Part shown: in pieces, positions 1 to 9,862 of the stretch
Layout: each line of letters starts with the position of its first letter
Position numbering within the stretch: the stretch's first letter is position 1
Source of the DNA: Alphaproteobacteria bacterium
Lineage (GTDB): Bacteria; Pseudomonadota; Alphaproteobacteria; UBA828
Assembly (NCBI GenBank): GCA_965214705.1
Contig: CBDCCI010000002.1
Location: forward strand, 2,528,001-2,592,000
Direction of reading: 5' to 3'
Length of the DNA stretch: 64,000 bases
Program-made: the position numbers and the translations under genes
The notes under the pieces: model-generated
Databases searched by the model: none
Told to the model about the DNA's origin: nothing
Seen by the model: only the letters and a program-made list of their open reading frames with translations

Positions 1-1586
1 ACGACGAAGAGCGCGAGGCCGAGGTTCATGCCGACGGAGAAGTTGCTGCCCTCGTTGTGAATCACCAGTGCGGTCATGCGCTCGCCCACGATTTCCACCG
101 ACTGCTCGACCAGCGCCATGATCTCGGTGTCGAGCGCGTTCATCTTGGAGTGGAATTCGAGGCAGGCGACGCCGTCGCCGATGTCCCAGAGGCTCGCCGA
201 GGCGTTGCGGGCGAGCGGCTTGCTGCTGAGCTTGATGTCGGAGAGGAGCAATACGCCGTCGGGCCGCGTGAGCGGCGTGTAGCGGCCGCTGCCGGCAAGA
301 TGGTCCGCGCGACCGTCGGCGATCCGGTAGAAGCCGTCGCCGTCCGCCGCCGCCCGCAGCAGGGGCGGCACCGCCCTGCCCTCTTGGGCGAGCTTGTCCG
401 CGAACCAGCCGGCGCCGACCTCGTCGATCAGCTCGAACGGCCCGCGCTTCCAGTTGTAGCCGAGGCGCATGGCGCGATCGACCGCCTCGACATCGTCGGC
501 AATCTCCGGCACCAGGCCGGCGGTATAGGCGAGCGTGCCCGACATCACCTGCCACGCGTAGGCCCCGGTCTTGTCGGGATGCTCGAAGAGCGCGCGAAGC
601 GAGCGCCCGGACTGCTCGATGCTCTCCAGCCGCGGACGCCGGGCGGGGCCGTACGTGCCGGTGGCGAGGTCCCGCACCTCCTTCTCTTTCGTCTCCGAGT
701 CGGGCTTGAGCCGGTAGAAGCCGCCCTTGCCCTTGCGGCCGATGTAGCCGCTCTCGATCATCTCCGTGATGAACGCGGGCTCGTCGTAGACCGCGTGGAA
801 GGCGTCGCTCTCGGGCAGCGCATTCTTCAGGCTGCGGCCCACCAGCGGCATCAGGTCGAGGCCGACCAGGTCGATCAGCCCGAACACGCCAGTCTTGGGC
901 ACGCCGATGGGGCGGCTGAGGACGGCGTCCGCTTCCTCCACCGTCACCCCGTTCTCGACCGCCGCGCGCACCGCAGCGACCAGCCAGTAGGTGCCGATCC
1001 GGTTGGCGATGAAGCCCGGCGTGTCGTTGCAGGGCACCACGCCCTTGCCGAGCTTGCGATCGGCGAAGTCGCAGACCTCGGCCACCGCATCCGCGCGGGT
1101 CTCCGGCCCCGCCACCACCTCCAGCAGCCGCATGTAGCGCGGCGGGTTGAAGAAGTGGGTGATGAGGAAGTCTCGCGCGAACGCCTCCGGCAGGCCGTCC
1201 AGCAGCACGCTGGAGGGGATGGTCGAGGTGTTGGACGAGACGATGGAGTCCTTCTTCCGCACCGAATCGATCTTGCGATAGATGGCCTGCTTGGCGTCGA
1301 CCGTCTCGATCACCGCCTCGACGATCCAGTCGGCATCACTCAGGAGGTCGAGGTGGTCCTCGACATTGCCGGTGGCGATGCGCTTGGCGTCCGACTTCGC
1401 CATGAAGGGCGCGGGGTCGGTCTTGAGCATCCGCGCCACCGAGCCCTCGGCCAGCGCGTTCCGGTCTTTCGCGCCCTCGGGCACGATGTCGAGCAGCACC
1501 ACGTCGTGGCCGGCATTGGCGATGTGGGCGGCGATGCCGCCGCCCATCAGACCCGCCCCGATGACGGCGGCCTTCTGGATGGCCAT
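1..1586 (-). CDS. 3-hydroxyacyl-CoA dehydrogenase/enoyl-CoA hydratase (FadN-like), 3' end runs off the window
   Basis: Minus strand from ATG at 1586 reads MAIQKAAVIGAGLMGGGIAAHIANAG (Rossmann GxGxxG), with SSNTSTIP, HFFNPPRYMRLLE and PGFIANRIG motifs; start overlaps the thiolase stop (TGATG). Not in the ORF track because there is no stop in the window. Confidence 0.92.
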   Translation of the reverse strand, partial: MAIQKAAVIGAGLMGGGIAAHIANAGHDVVLLDIVPEGAKDRNALAEGSVARMLKTDPAPFMAKSDAKRIATGNVEDHLDLLSDADWIVEAVIETVDAKQAIYRKIDSVRKKDSIVSSNTSTIPSSVLLDGLPEAFARDFLITHFFNPPRYMRLLEVVAGPETRADAVAEVCDFADRKLGKGVVPCNDTPGFIANRIGTYWLVAAVRAAVENGVTVEEADAVLSRPIGVPKTGVFGLIDLVGLDLMPLVGRSLKNALPESDAFHAVYDEPAFITEMIESGYIGRKGKGGFYRLKPDSETKEKEVRDLATGTYGPARRPRLESIEQSGRSLRALFEHPDKTGAYAWQVMSGTLAYTAGLVPEIADDVEAVDRAMRLGYNWKRGPFELIDEVGAGWFADKLAQEGRAVPPLLRAAADGDGFYRIADGRADHLAGSGRYTPLTRPDGVLLLSDIKLSSKPLARNASASLWDIGDGVACLEFHSKMNALDTEIMALVEQSVEIVGERMTALVIHNEGSNFSVGMNLGLALFV

Positions 1587-2722
1587 CAGGCGGCCTCGAG
1601 CACGGTGGAGATGCCCTGGCCGCCGCCGATGCACTGGGTGGCGAGCGCGTAGCGCTTGTCCTCGCGGCGGAGAATCTGCGCGGCCTTGCCGGTGATCCGC
1701 GCGCCGGTGGCGCCCAGGGGATGGCCAATGGCGATGGCGCCGCCGTCGATGTTCATGCGCTCCAGGTCGATGGAAAGCTCGCGCACGCAGGCGAGCGCCT
1801 GCACCGCGAAGGCCTCGTTGAGCTCGATCACGTCGACGTCCGACATCTTGAGCCCGGCGCGGGCGAGCGCCTTCTCCGACGAAACCACCGGGCCGTAGCC
1901 CATGATCTCGGGCGCGCATCCGGCGACCGCGATCGCCTTGATGCGGGCGAGCACGCTAAGCCCGTTGCGCTGGGCGTAGTCCTCGGTGCAGACCAGCACG
2001 GCAGCGGCGCCATCGGTGAGCGGCGACGAGGTGCCGGCGGTCACCGTGCCCTCGGCATCGAAGGCGGGCTCGAGTCCGGCCAGGACCTCGGCATTGGTGC
2101 CGGGGCGAATGCAGCCGTCGCGCTCGACCGTGCCGTCTGCGGTCTCGACCGCGATCACTTCGCCCTCGTACTTTCCGTCGTCCCAGGCGGCGGCGGCGCG
2201 CGCATGGCTCGCGACCGCGAGCGACTCCTGCTCCTCGCGGGTGATCTGGTACTTGCGGGCGAGGTTCTCGGCGGTCTCGCCCATGGACATGTAGGCGCCC
2301 TCGTTCTTCTCGTAGAGGTCGGGGTTGGGCGCCGGGTTGAAGCCGCCCATGGGCACGCGGCTCATGGATTCCACGCCGGCGCAGATGAAGGCCTCGCCGG
2401 CATCCATGCGGATCGCGCCGGCGGCGATGTGGATCGCCTGCATGGACGAGCCGCAGAAGCGGTTGACGGTGGCGCCGGCGACCGAGATCGGCAGCTCAGC
2501 GATCAGCGCCACGATGCGGCCCATGTTGAAGCCCTGCTCGCCTTCGGGGAAGGCGCAGCCGATGATCAGGTCTTCGATCTCGGCGGGATCGACGCCGGTC
2601 TGGGCGAGCAGGCCCTGCACGACCTCGGCGGCGAGATCGTCGGGGCGCTTCTCGACCAGCGCGCCCTTGTGGGCGAAGTGAAAGGGCGAGCGGACATAGC
2701 CGGCAATGACGGCGTTATTCAT
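1586..2722 (-). CDS. acetyl-CoA C-acyltransferase (thiolase)
   Basis: NRFCGSS, NEAF, GHPLGATG and CIGGGQG thiolase motifs. Confidence 0.96.
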   Translation of the reverse strand: MNNAVIAGYVRSPFHFAHKGALVEKRPDDLAAEVVQGLLAQTGVDPAEIEDLIIGCAFPEGEQGFNMGRIVALIAELPISVAGATVNRFCGSSMQAIHIAAGAIRMDAGEAFICAGVESMSRVPMGGFNPAPNPDLYEKNEGAYMSMGETAENLARKYQITREEQESLAVASHARAAAAWDDGKYEGEVIAVETADGTVERDGCIRPGTNAEVLAGLEPAFDAEGTVTAGTSSPLTDGAAAVLVCTEDYAQRNGLSVLARIKAIAVAGCAPEIMGYGPVVSSEKALARAGLKMSDVDVIELNEAFAVQALACVRELSIDLERMNIDGGAIAIGHPLGATGARITGKAAQILRREDKRYALATQCIGGGQGISTVLEAA

Positions 2723-2776
2723 GGACTGGGGCCTCTTGCTTTGTCAGATGCTATGTGTGGCGGCGCCGGGCCGCGT

Positions 2777-4501
2777 TCAACCGGAGCCGGCGGCGGCCGC
2801 GTCCTGCTTGGCGGCCTCTTCGGCCACCAGCTCCTTCTTGGAGAGCTTGCCGATGATGGTCTTCGGCAGCTCGTCGCGGAACTCGATCTGCTTGGGCATC
2901 TCGATGGGCGAGAGCTTGTCCTTGAGGAATTCCGTCAGCGCGTCGTCCGTCAGGCTCTCGCCGTCCTTGAGGCGGACGAAGGCCTTGACGGTCTGCTGGC
3001 GGCGGGCGTCATCGACGCCGATGACCGTCACCTCCAGCACCGACGGGTGCTTGTAGATCGCTTCCTCCACGTGGCGCGGATAGATGTTGTAGCCGCCGGC
3101 GATGATGACCTCCTTGAGCCGGTCGATGAGATAGACGTAACCGTCCTCGTCGATCTTGCCGACATCGCCGGTGTGAAAGCGCCCGCCGGCGAAGGCGCGC
3201 TGGTTCTCCTCGTCGCGCTTCCAGTAGCCCTTCATCACCTGCGGGCCGGAGATGCAGATCTCGCCGATCTCGCCTTGCGGCAGCACCTTCTCCGGCTCGT
3301 CGATCGAGCAGATTTCGACCACGGTGCCGGGCACCGGCACGCCGAGCGAGCCTTCGCGGCTGCCGCCAGGCGTGGTCGGGTTGCAGGTCGCAATCGGGGA
3401 GGTCTCGCTGAGACCGTAGCCTTCCACCAGCGTGCAGCCCGAGATCTCCTGGAACTTCTCCTGCACCTCGCGCGGCAGCGATGCCCCGCCCGAGAGGCAG
3501 AGCTTGATGGAGGAGAGGTCGTACTTGCCGGCCGCGACGTCCGGATGCCCGTTGATCGCGATGTAGATCGTCGGCACCGCGGGGAAGAAGGTCGGGCGCT
3601 TCTTGTGGACGACCTTGAGCACGGTGTCGAGCTCGAAGCGCGGCAACAGGACCATCTTGGCGCCGATCCGGATGCTGTAGTTCATCACCACGGCCATGGC
3701 GAAGACGTGGAAGAGCGGCAGCACGCCGATCATGACCTCGCGGCCTTCCTCGGCGCCGGGCATCATCATCGCCCCTTGCGCCACGTTCGCGCTGAGGTTG
3801 GCGTGGGTCAGCATCGCGCCTTTCGAGGTGCCGGTGGTGCCGCCGGTGTACTGAAGCACCGCGATATCTTCCTTGGCGTCGATCTCCACCGGCGACGGCC
3901 TGCCTGGGTTGTCGAGCAGCGCGCTCAAGCGGACATGGCGGGAATCTCGTGGCACCTTGGCGATTTCGCTGCGCTTGACGATGGGGAAGAGCAGCTTCTT
4001 GAGGCCCGGCAGCATCTCCGCCATGGAAACGATCACGAGATGGGTGAGCCGCGTCTGGTCGAGCGCGATTCGGGCCTTGTCGTAGAGGATGGAGAGGTCG
4101 AGGGTGACCAGAATATCGGTCTCCGAATCCTCGATCTGGCTCTTGATCTCTTCGATAGCATAGAGCGGGTTGACGTTGACCACCGTCCCGCCGGCCTTGA
4201 GCACACCGTAATAGACGGCGACGAAGGCCGGACAGTTGGGCAGCAGGATGCCGACCTTCTTGCCCTTGCCGACACCGAGCTTCTGAAATCCTCCGGCCGC
4301 CTTGTTCGCCTGCTCACCGAGTTCTCGGTAGCTCGTGATCTTGTCCATGAAGTCGATCGCGGGCCGGTCGCCGAAGCGGGCGACGGCATCGTCGAGCAAT
4401 CGGTGGAGCGCCCCGCTGGGTAGCGGCGCGTTCCAGTCGACGTTCTCCGGGTACGACTTCTCCCAGGGATGTGCACTGCCTTGCGCTTCGCTCTCAGCCA
4501 T
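2777..4501 (-). CDS. long-chain fatty acid--CoA ligase (FadD-like)
   Basis: YTGGTTGTSKG AMP-binding motif, EGYGLSE, TGDVG, PKTIIGK; start taken at MAESEAQ. Confidence 0.93.
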   Translation of the reverse strand: MAESEAQGSAHPWEKSYPENVDWNAPLPSGALHRLLDDAVARFGDRPAIDFMDKITSYRELGEQANKAAGGFQKLGVGKGKKVGILLPNCPAFVAVYYGVLKAGGTVVNVNPLYAIEEIKSQIEDSETDILVTLDLSILYDKARIALDQTRLTHLVIVSMAEMLPGLKKLLFPIVKRSEIAKVPRDSRHVRLSALLDNPGRPSPVEIDAKEDIAVLQYTGGTTGTSKGAMLTHANLSANVAQGAMMMPGAEEGREVMIGVLPLFHVFAMAVVMNYSIRIGAKMVLLPRFELDTVLKVVHKKRPTFFPAVPTIYIAINGHPDVAAGKYDLSSIKLCLSGGASLPREVQEKFQEISGCTLVEGYGLSETSPIATCNPTTPGGSREGSLGVPVPGTVVEICSIDEPEKVLPQGEIGEICISGPQVMKGYWKRDEENQRAFAGGRFHTGDVGKIDEDGYVYLIDRLKEVIIAGGYNIYPRHVEEAIYKHPSVLEVTVIGVDDARRQQTVKAFVRLKDGESLTDDALTEFLKDKLSPIEMPKQIEFRDELPKTIIGKLSKKELVAEEAAKQDAAAAGSG

Positions 4502-4688
4502 GCGCTCCGCTCCTTTTGCCTGGGATTTGCGGCCCCGCTCCGCCCTGTCCAGACGCGGGGAACACACTTCCGTGCACTATGAAAACCCGGCCTACCGCCG
4601 TCAAGGCGGGAAACTGCATACCCGCCTGCAGGCGTTGACATCGAACAATCGCTTTCCATGCTGGGGGTATGACGAGCGGCGGCGTACG

Positions 4689-6314
4689 ATGCTGACCATC
4701 GGCAAGGAGCCCGAGACGTGGCTGGTCCACCGTGTCCTCGAGCAGCGCGCCGCCGAACGCCCCGACCACCCGGTGATGCACTGGTCCGGGCTGGATTACA
4801 GCTACGCCGCCATCAACCGCGAGGCCAACCGCATCGCAGCCGGCCTGGAGGCGCGGGGGATCGAGCCGGGACACCGCTGCGCCGTGATGATGCAGAACTC
4901 GCCGGCCCACGTCTTCGTCTGGTTCGCCACCGCCAAGCTTGGCGTCGTCGAGGTGCCGATCAACACCGCCTACCGGGGCGACATCCTCACCCATATCGTG
5001 ACCAGCGCGCGGGTGACGGCGATGGTGCTGGACGCCGAGTTCGTGCCCGTGGTCGCGCGAATCGCGGACCGCTGCCCCGGCCTCGGCACCTTCATCGTGG
5101 CCGGCGACGACTTGGAGGATGCGCGGCGCACGCTGCCGGGCGTCGTGCTCTCGCTGGAGGAGATCGCCACCGGTGACGGCGCCGATACATCGCGCGCCAT
5201 CGAGGCTACCACCACGGCCTGCATCATGTTCACCTCGGGCACCACGGGGCCCTCGAAGGGCGTGGTCATCAACAACCATTTCGAGCTGTCGTTCGCCGTC
5301 GTCTTCAACGAGATCGTGTCGCTCCGCGCCGACGACGTGACCTACAACTTCCTCCCCTTCTTCCACATCGCCGGCAAGTTCATCCTGCTGGGCACCATGC
5401 TCGCCGACTGCCGGATGCTGCTGCGCCCGCGCTTCAGCGCCGGTCAGTTCTGGCCGGACGTGCGTGAGCACGGCGCGACCGTGACGGTCGGCGTCGGCGG
5501 CATCTGCCACATGCTCTGGGCCGAGCCGCCTCAGCCGGACGATGCCGACAACCCGCTCCGCATGATCTACTCGGTGCCCAATCCGCACGAAGTGCAGGAG
5601 CAGTTCCTCGAACGCTTTGATCTACAACTAACCGAAGGCTACGGCTCGACAGAGGCCAACATCGTGGTCTACACGCGGCCGGACGAAGCGACGCCGAGGG
5701 GCACGGCCGGGCGGGCCGCGCCCTACTACGAGGTGGCGATCTTCGACGAGATGGACCGCCCGGCGCCCCCCGGCACCTCGGGCGAGATCGTGGTCCGCGC
5801 CAGGCACCCCTACATCCTGATGGAAGGCTACGACGGCCTGCCGGAGGCGACGCTGGCGGCGTTCCGCAACCTCTGGTTCCACAGCGGCGACTGCGGCCAC
5901 ATGGACGAGAACGGCTTTCTCTTCTTCCACGACCGGATGAAGGACGCGATCCGTCGGCGGGGCGAGAACATCTCGTCGTTCGAGGTGGAGCGGATCGTCA
6001 ACAAGCACCCGGATGTGGCCGAGACCGCTGCCATCGCCGTGCCCGCCGACGTGGGCGAGGACGAGGTGAAGGTGGTGGTGGTGCGCAACCCCGGCGCTGC
6101 GCTGACAGAGGAAGCGCTGCTCCGCCACTGCGCGGCCGAGATGCCTTACTTCATGGTCCCGCGCTTCATCGAGTTCCGGGCCGACCTGCCGCGCACGCCC
6201 ACGCAGAAGGTGCGCAAGGTGGTGTTGCGCGAAGATGGAATCACGCCTGCGACCTGGGACCGGGAGGCGGCGGGGTTCAAGGTGACCCGTGACGGGCTCA
6301 AGCGGCGTCTCTGA
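4689..6314 (+). CDS. ATP-dependent acyl-CoA ligase (CaiC-like)
   Basis: FTSGTTGPSKG, EGYGSTE, WFHSGD, RRRGENISS, PRTPTQK; divergent from the other ligase. Confidence 0.92.
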   Translation: MLTIGKEPETWLVHRVLEQRAAERPDHPVMHWSGLDYSYAAINREANRIAAGLEARGIEPGHRCAVMMQNSPAHVFVWFATAKLGVVEVPINTAYRGDILTHIVTSARVTAMVLDAEFVPVVARIADRCPGLGTFIVAGDDLEDARRTLPGVVLSLEEIATGDGADTSRAIEATTTACIMFTSGTTGPSKGVVINNHFELSFAVVFNEIVSLRADDVTYNFLPFFHIAGKFILLGTMLADCRMLLRPRFSAGQFWPDVREHGATVTVGVGGICHMLWAEPPQPDDADNPLRMIYSVPNPHEVQEQFLERFDLQLTEGYGSTEANIVVYTRPDEATPRGTAGRAAPYYEVAIFDEMDRPAPPGTSGEIVVRARHPYILMEGYDGLPEATLAAFRNLWFHSGDCGHMDENGFLFFHDRMKDAIRRRGENISSFEVERIVNKHPDVAETAAIAVPADVGEDEVKVVVVRNPGAALTEEALLRHCAAEMPYFMVPRFIEFRADLPRTPTQKVRKVVLREDGITPATWDREAAGFKVTRDGLKRRL

Positions 6315-7680
6315 GCGGCGGCCGCACGCCAGCGCGGCATTCGCCGCCTACCAAGCAGGCAAGGCCGGCGAGGCGGAGGCCATCGGACGCGCCATCCTCG
6401 CCCACGACCCGCGCGATGCCGGCGCGCACTATGTCTGCGGCCTCGTCGCCGCCGATCGCGGCGCGCTCGACCGGGCGCGGCAGGCCTTCGAGACCGCCGC
6501 GGCGCTGGCGCCCGACAAGGCGAGCCTGCGCATCACCCTCGGCAATCTCGCGCTCCGACAGGGCGACGACGAGGCGGCAGAGCGGGCCTTCCGCCAGGCG
6601 CTCGCGCAGGCGCCGGGCTCGGTGGCCGCTCATACCAATCTCGGCGCTGCGCTGAAGCGGCAGGGGCGGCTGGAAGAGGCCGTGCAATGCTACCGCGCGG
6701 GGCTCGCGCTCTATCGCGGCTCCGCCTGGTGGGGCACCGACCCCGCTTCGAGCAATGCAGTAATCGACCCCGCCCAGCGGGCAACCTTCGAGAACGCATC
6801 ACGGATCAAGCTCGAACACAACCTCGCGCAGCTCGACTATCTGCTGGAGCGAGGCCGGCTCCCACCCTCGCTTGCCGAGGCGCGCGAGAGCCTGCGCCGG
6901 GTGCTCGCCAGTTTCGGCAACGAAGACCGGCCGAGCGCGCCACGCCCGCTCACGGAGGCCGAGCGACGGCTGATCGGCCCGGTCTACAACCGGGTGATCT
7001 ATCGCCCGCCGGAGGAGGCCATAGCGCCCGCGCTCAACCCCCGCCTTGATGCGGGCGCGATCGAGCGGCGCTATCACGAGACTGCGCCCTCCGTCGTCGT
7101 CGTGGATGACCTGCTCAGTGCGCCGGCCTTGGCCGCCCTCCAACGCTTTTGCCTTGAGGCGACGATCTGGTTCGACTGCAAGGAGCATGGCGGCTATCTC
7201 GGGGCCTATCTGCACGAGGGCTTCGACCACCCGGCGTTGATCGCGCTGGCCCGCGAGCTGGGGGAGCGGCTCGGCGGCATCATCGGCAAGCACCGGCTCG
7301 CCCAGATGTGGGCGTTCAGCTATGGGCAAGCGGGCGGCGGCACGCGCAAGCACGCGGACAAGGCCGCCATCAACATCAACCTCTGGATCACGCCGGACAG
7401 CGCCTGCCCCGACCCCGAAGCGGCCGGCCTCGTCGTGCACGATGTCGCCGCGCCGCCGGATTGGGGCTTTTCAAACTACAATCTGGACCCGGCACCGCTG
7501 GAGCGTCTCGTGGCGCGCGAAGGGCGGGCGCCGGTGCGCGTTCCCTATCGCTGCAACCGGGCGGTGATCTTCGATTCGAGTCTCATTCACGAGAGCGGCG
7601 GGGTGTGCTTCCGGAGCGGCTACGCGAACCGGCGGATCAACGTGACTCTGCTCTTCGGCGAGCGCGCGGAGAACGAGTGA
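6289..7680 (+). CDS. TPR-repeat protein with C-terminal 2OG-Fe(II) oxygenase-like domain
   Basis: N-terminal TPR-like helices (AHYVCGLV, AHTNLGAAL, AVQCYRAGL); C-terminal HAD...H(ES)...RR pattern; start uncertain. Confidence 0.72.
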   Translation: MTGSSGVSERRPHASAAFAAYQAGKAGEAEAIGRAILAHDPRDAGAHYVCGLVAADRGALDRARQAFETAAALAPDKASLRITLGNLALRQGDDEAAERAFRQALAQAPGSVAAHTNLGAALKRQGRLEEAVQCYRAGLALYRGSAWWGTDPASSNAVIDPAQRATFENASRIKLEHNLAQLDYLLERGRLPPSLAEARESLRRVLASFGNEDRPSAPRPLTEAERRLIGPVYNRVIYRPPEEAIAPALNPRLDAGAIERRYHETAPSVVVVDDLLSAPALAALQRFCLEATIWFDCKEHGGYLGAYLHEGFDHPALIALARELGERLGGIIGKHRLAQMWAFSYGQAGGGTRKHADKAAININLWITPDSACPDPEAAGLVVHDVAAPPDWGFSNYNLDPAPLERLVAREGRAPVRVPYRCNRAVIFDSSLIHESGGVCFRSGYANRRINVTLLFGERAENE

Positions 7681-7684
7681 ACCG

Positions 7685-8020
7685 ATGATCCCGATCACCG
7701 ACGCGCTGATCGACGAGATGGTTCAGGCCATCGTGACCGAGGTCGATCCCGAGCAGGTCATCCTCTTCGGCTCGCGCGCGCGTGGGGAGGAGGGCGAGAG
7801 ATCGGACATCGACCTGATCGTCGTGGAGGCCAAGCCCTTCGGCGCGGCGCGCAGCCGCCACAAGGAGTTGGTCAGGCTTTATCACGCAATCGCGGGGTAT
7901 CCCGTCGCCGCCGACGTTCTCGTCTATTCCCACGAAGACGTGGACTACTGGCGCGACTCTCTCAACCACGTGCTCGCGCGGGCGCTCAGGGAAGGCAAGG
8001 TGCTTTATGAGCGACCCTAA
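7685..8020 (+). CDS. minimal nucleotidyltransferase (MNT) of HEPN-MNT pair
   Basis: LFGSRARGEEGERSDIDL (GSx10DxD); overlaps downstream HEPN gene. Confidence 0.9.
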   Translation: MIPITDALIDEMVQAIVTEVDPEQVILFGSRARGEEGERSDIDLIVVEAKPFGAARSRHKELVRLYHAIAGYPVAADVLVYSHEDVDYWRDSLNHVLARALREGKVLYERP

Positions 8021-8396
8021 GTGTGCGCGGATGCTCGTGAACGCGGCCGAACGCGACATCGAGGCGCTTCGTGTCATGCGCCGTTCGGACGCAATCCCCG
8101 CGGAGATATTCGGTTTCCACGTACAACAAGGAGCCGAAAAGCTGCTCAAGGCCTGGATCGCGCTCCTGGGCGACAGCTATCCACTCACCCACAGCATCGA
8201 GACGCTACTGGAGCTCCTCGCCGATCGGGGCGCTGCGACCGAGCCTTTCAACGATCTCGCTGCCTACACGCCCTATGCGGTCGAGTTTCGCTACGCGGGC
8301 GTCGGCGCGAATGCCGAGCCCATCGACCGGGGCCGCGCGCTCACGCTCGTTGAAGCGCTCTTGGAGGCGGTCCGGGATCAACTGCCTGAGGAATAG
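8007..8396 (+). CDS. HEPN domain protein
   Basis: FHVQQGAEKLLKA, THSI, EFRY pattern of the HEPN (PF05168-type) partner of MNT. Confidence 0.88.
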   Translation: MSDPKCARMLVNAAERDIEALRVMRRSDAIPAEIFGFHVQQGAEKLLKAWIALLGDSYPLTHSIETLLELLADRGAATEPFNDLAAYTPYAVEFRYAGVGANAEPIDRGRALTLVEALLEAVRDQLPEE

Positions 8397-8449
8397 GATC
8401 GTGACGGACGGCAAATCCGTCTTCGTCGGACGAGCAACGGAGTGAACGA

Positions 8450-9859
8450 ATGCTTAGCCACTGGCTGACCGAAGCCGGCCTTTCCACGGACGACGCGGCA
8501 CCGGCCCTCGAAGGCGATGCGCGCGCGGACGTTTGCATCATCGGCGGCGGCTTTTGCGGGCTGTGGACGGCGATCCGCCTGAAGCAGCGCGACCCCTCCA
8601 TCGACATCGCCATCGTCGAGCAGGGCCTGTGCGGCAGCGGCGCGAGCGGGCGCAACGGCGGCTTTGTGCTGAGCTGGTGGGCCAAGTTCGGCTCCCTCTG
8701 CAAGATCTGTCCCTCGGACGAGGCGGTGCGGCTCGCACGCGCCTCGGCCAATGCCGTCGGCGAGATCGGCCAGTTCTGCGCCGACAACGGGATCGACGCG
8801 CACTATCGCGGCGACGGCTGGCTCTGGGCTGCGACCAGCGCGCCGCAGGTCGGCTCGTGGGACGCCCTGGTCGACACCCTGGAGCGCTACCAGGAGCATC
8901 CCTTCGAGCTCTGGGAGCCGGAGACGGTCAAGCGCCGGTCGGGCACCGACAGGCACATCGCCGGCGTCTACGAGCCGACCGGCGCCACCGTGCAGCCGGC
9001 CATGCTGGCGCATGGGCTCAGGCGCACGGCGCTCTCGCTGGGCGTGCGCATCTACGAGCAGACGCCGATGATGAGCCTCCACCGCGGCCGCCCGCCGCGC
9101 GTGGTCACGCCCAGGGGCATCGTGACGGCGGAAAAGGTGGTCATCGCCATGAACGCCTGGTCCACGATGTTCTCGGAGTTGCGACGGACCGTCGTCGTGA
9201 TTGCCAGCGACATCGTGGCAACCCGGCCGATGCCCGAACGCCTCGCCGCTTCGGGCTACAGCGGCGGCATGTGCATCTCCGATTCCCGGACCCTGGTGAA
9301 CTATTACCGGCCGACCATGGACGGTCGCTTCGTCTTCGGCATGGGCGGCGGGCGGCTCTCTTTCGGCAATCGGGTCGATGACCGCTTCAACGGTGCCTCG
9401 CCGCGCTCACGCGAGGTCGAGGAAAACTTCCGCCGGATTTACCCCAACTTCAAGGACGCGCCGATCGCGACGAGCTGGACCGGGCCGGTCGACCGATCCC
9501 TCAGTGGGCTGCCTTTCTTCGGCCGCCTCGACGGCCGCGACGACCTGCTTTACGGCCTCGGCTTCTCCGGCAACGGCGTGGGACCCACCTCCGTCGGCGG
9601 GCGCATCCTCGCGTCCCTCGCCCTTGGGACGAAGGACGAATGGTCGGAGTGCAGTCTGGTGCGCGAGGGCGTGGGGCTCTTCCCCCGCGAGCCGGTGCGC
9701 TACGTCGGCGGCCGCATGGTGATCGCGGCGAACCGGCGCAAGGAGCGGTTCGAGGACGAAGGCCGCACGCCGGGCCCGCTGACGGCCAAGCTCGCCGGTC
9801 TCGCGCCGGCCGGCCTCGTACCGGTGAAGGGAGTCGATGCGCCGGCAGCGAAGGCCTGA
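8450..9859 (+). CDS. FAD-dependent amine/amino-acid oxidoreductase (DadA/PuuB family)
   Basis: IIGGGFCGL, GASGRNGG, GFSGNGVG. Confidence 0.9.
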   Translation: MLSHWLTEAGLSTDDAAPALEGDARADVCIIGGGFCGLWTAIRLKQRDPSIDIAIVEQGLCGSGASGRNGGFVLSWWAKFGSLCKICPSDEAVRLARASANAVGEIGQFCADNGIDAHYRGDGWLWAATSAPQVGSWDALVDTLERYQEHPFELWEPETVKRRSGTDRHIAGVYEPTGATVQPAMLAHGLRRTALSLGVRIYEQTPMMSLHRGRPPRVVTPRGIVTAEKVVIAMNAWSTMFSELRRTVVVIASDIVATRPMPERLAASGYSGGMCISDSRTLVNYYRPTMDGRFVFGMGGGRLSFGNRVDDRFNGASPRSREVEENFRRIYPNFKDAPIATSWTGPVDRSLSGLPFFGRLDGRDDLLYGLGFSGNGVGPTSVGGRILASLALGTKDEWSECSLVREGVGLFPREPVRYVGGRMVIAANRRKERFEDEGRTPGPLTAKLAGLAPAGLVPVKGVDAPAAKA

Positions 9860-9862
9860 GGC

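Noticed and set aside
57-4423. Long + strand ORFs 57-1652 and 1721-4423
   Set aside because: Antisense shadows of the fad genes, expected in high-GC DNA; no motifs
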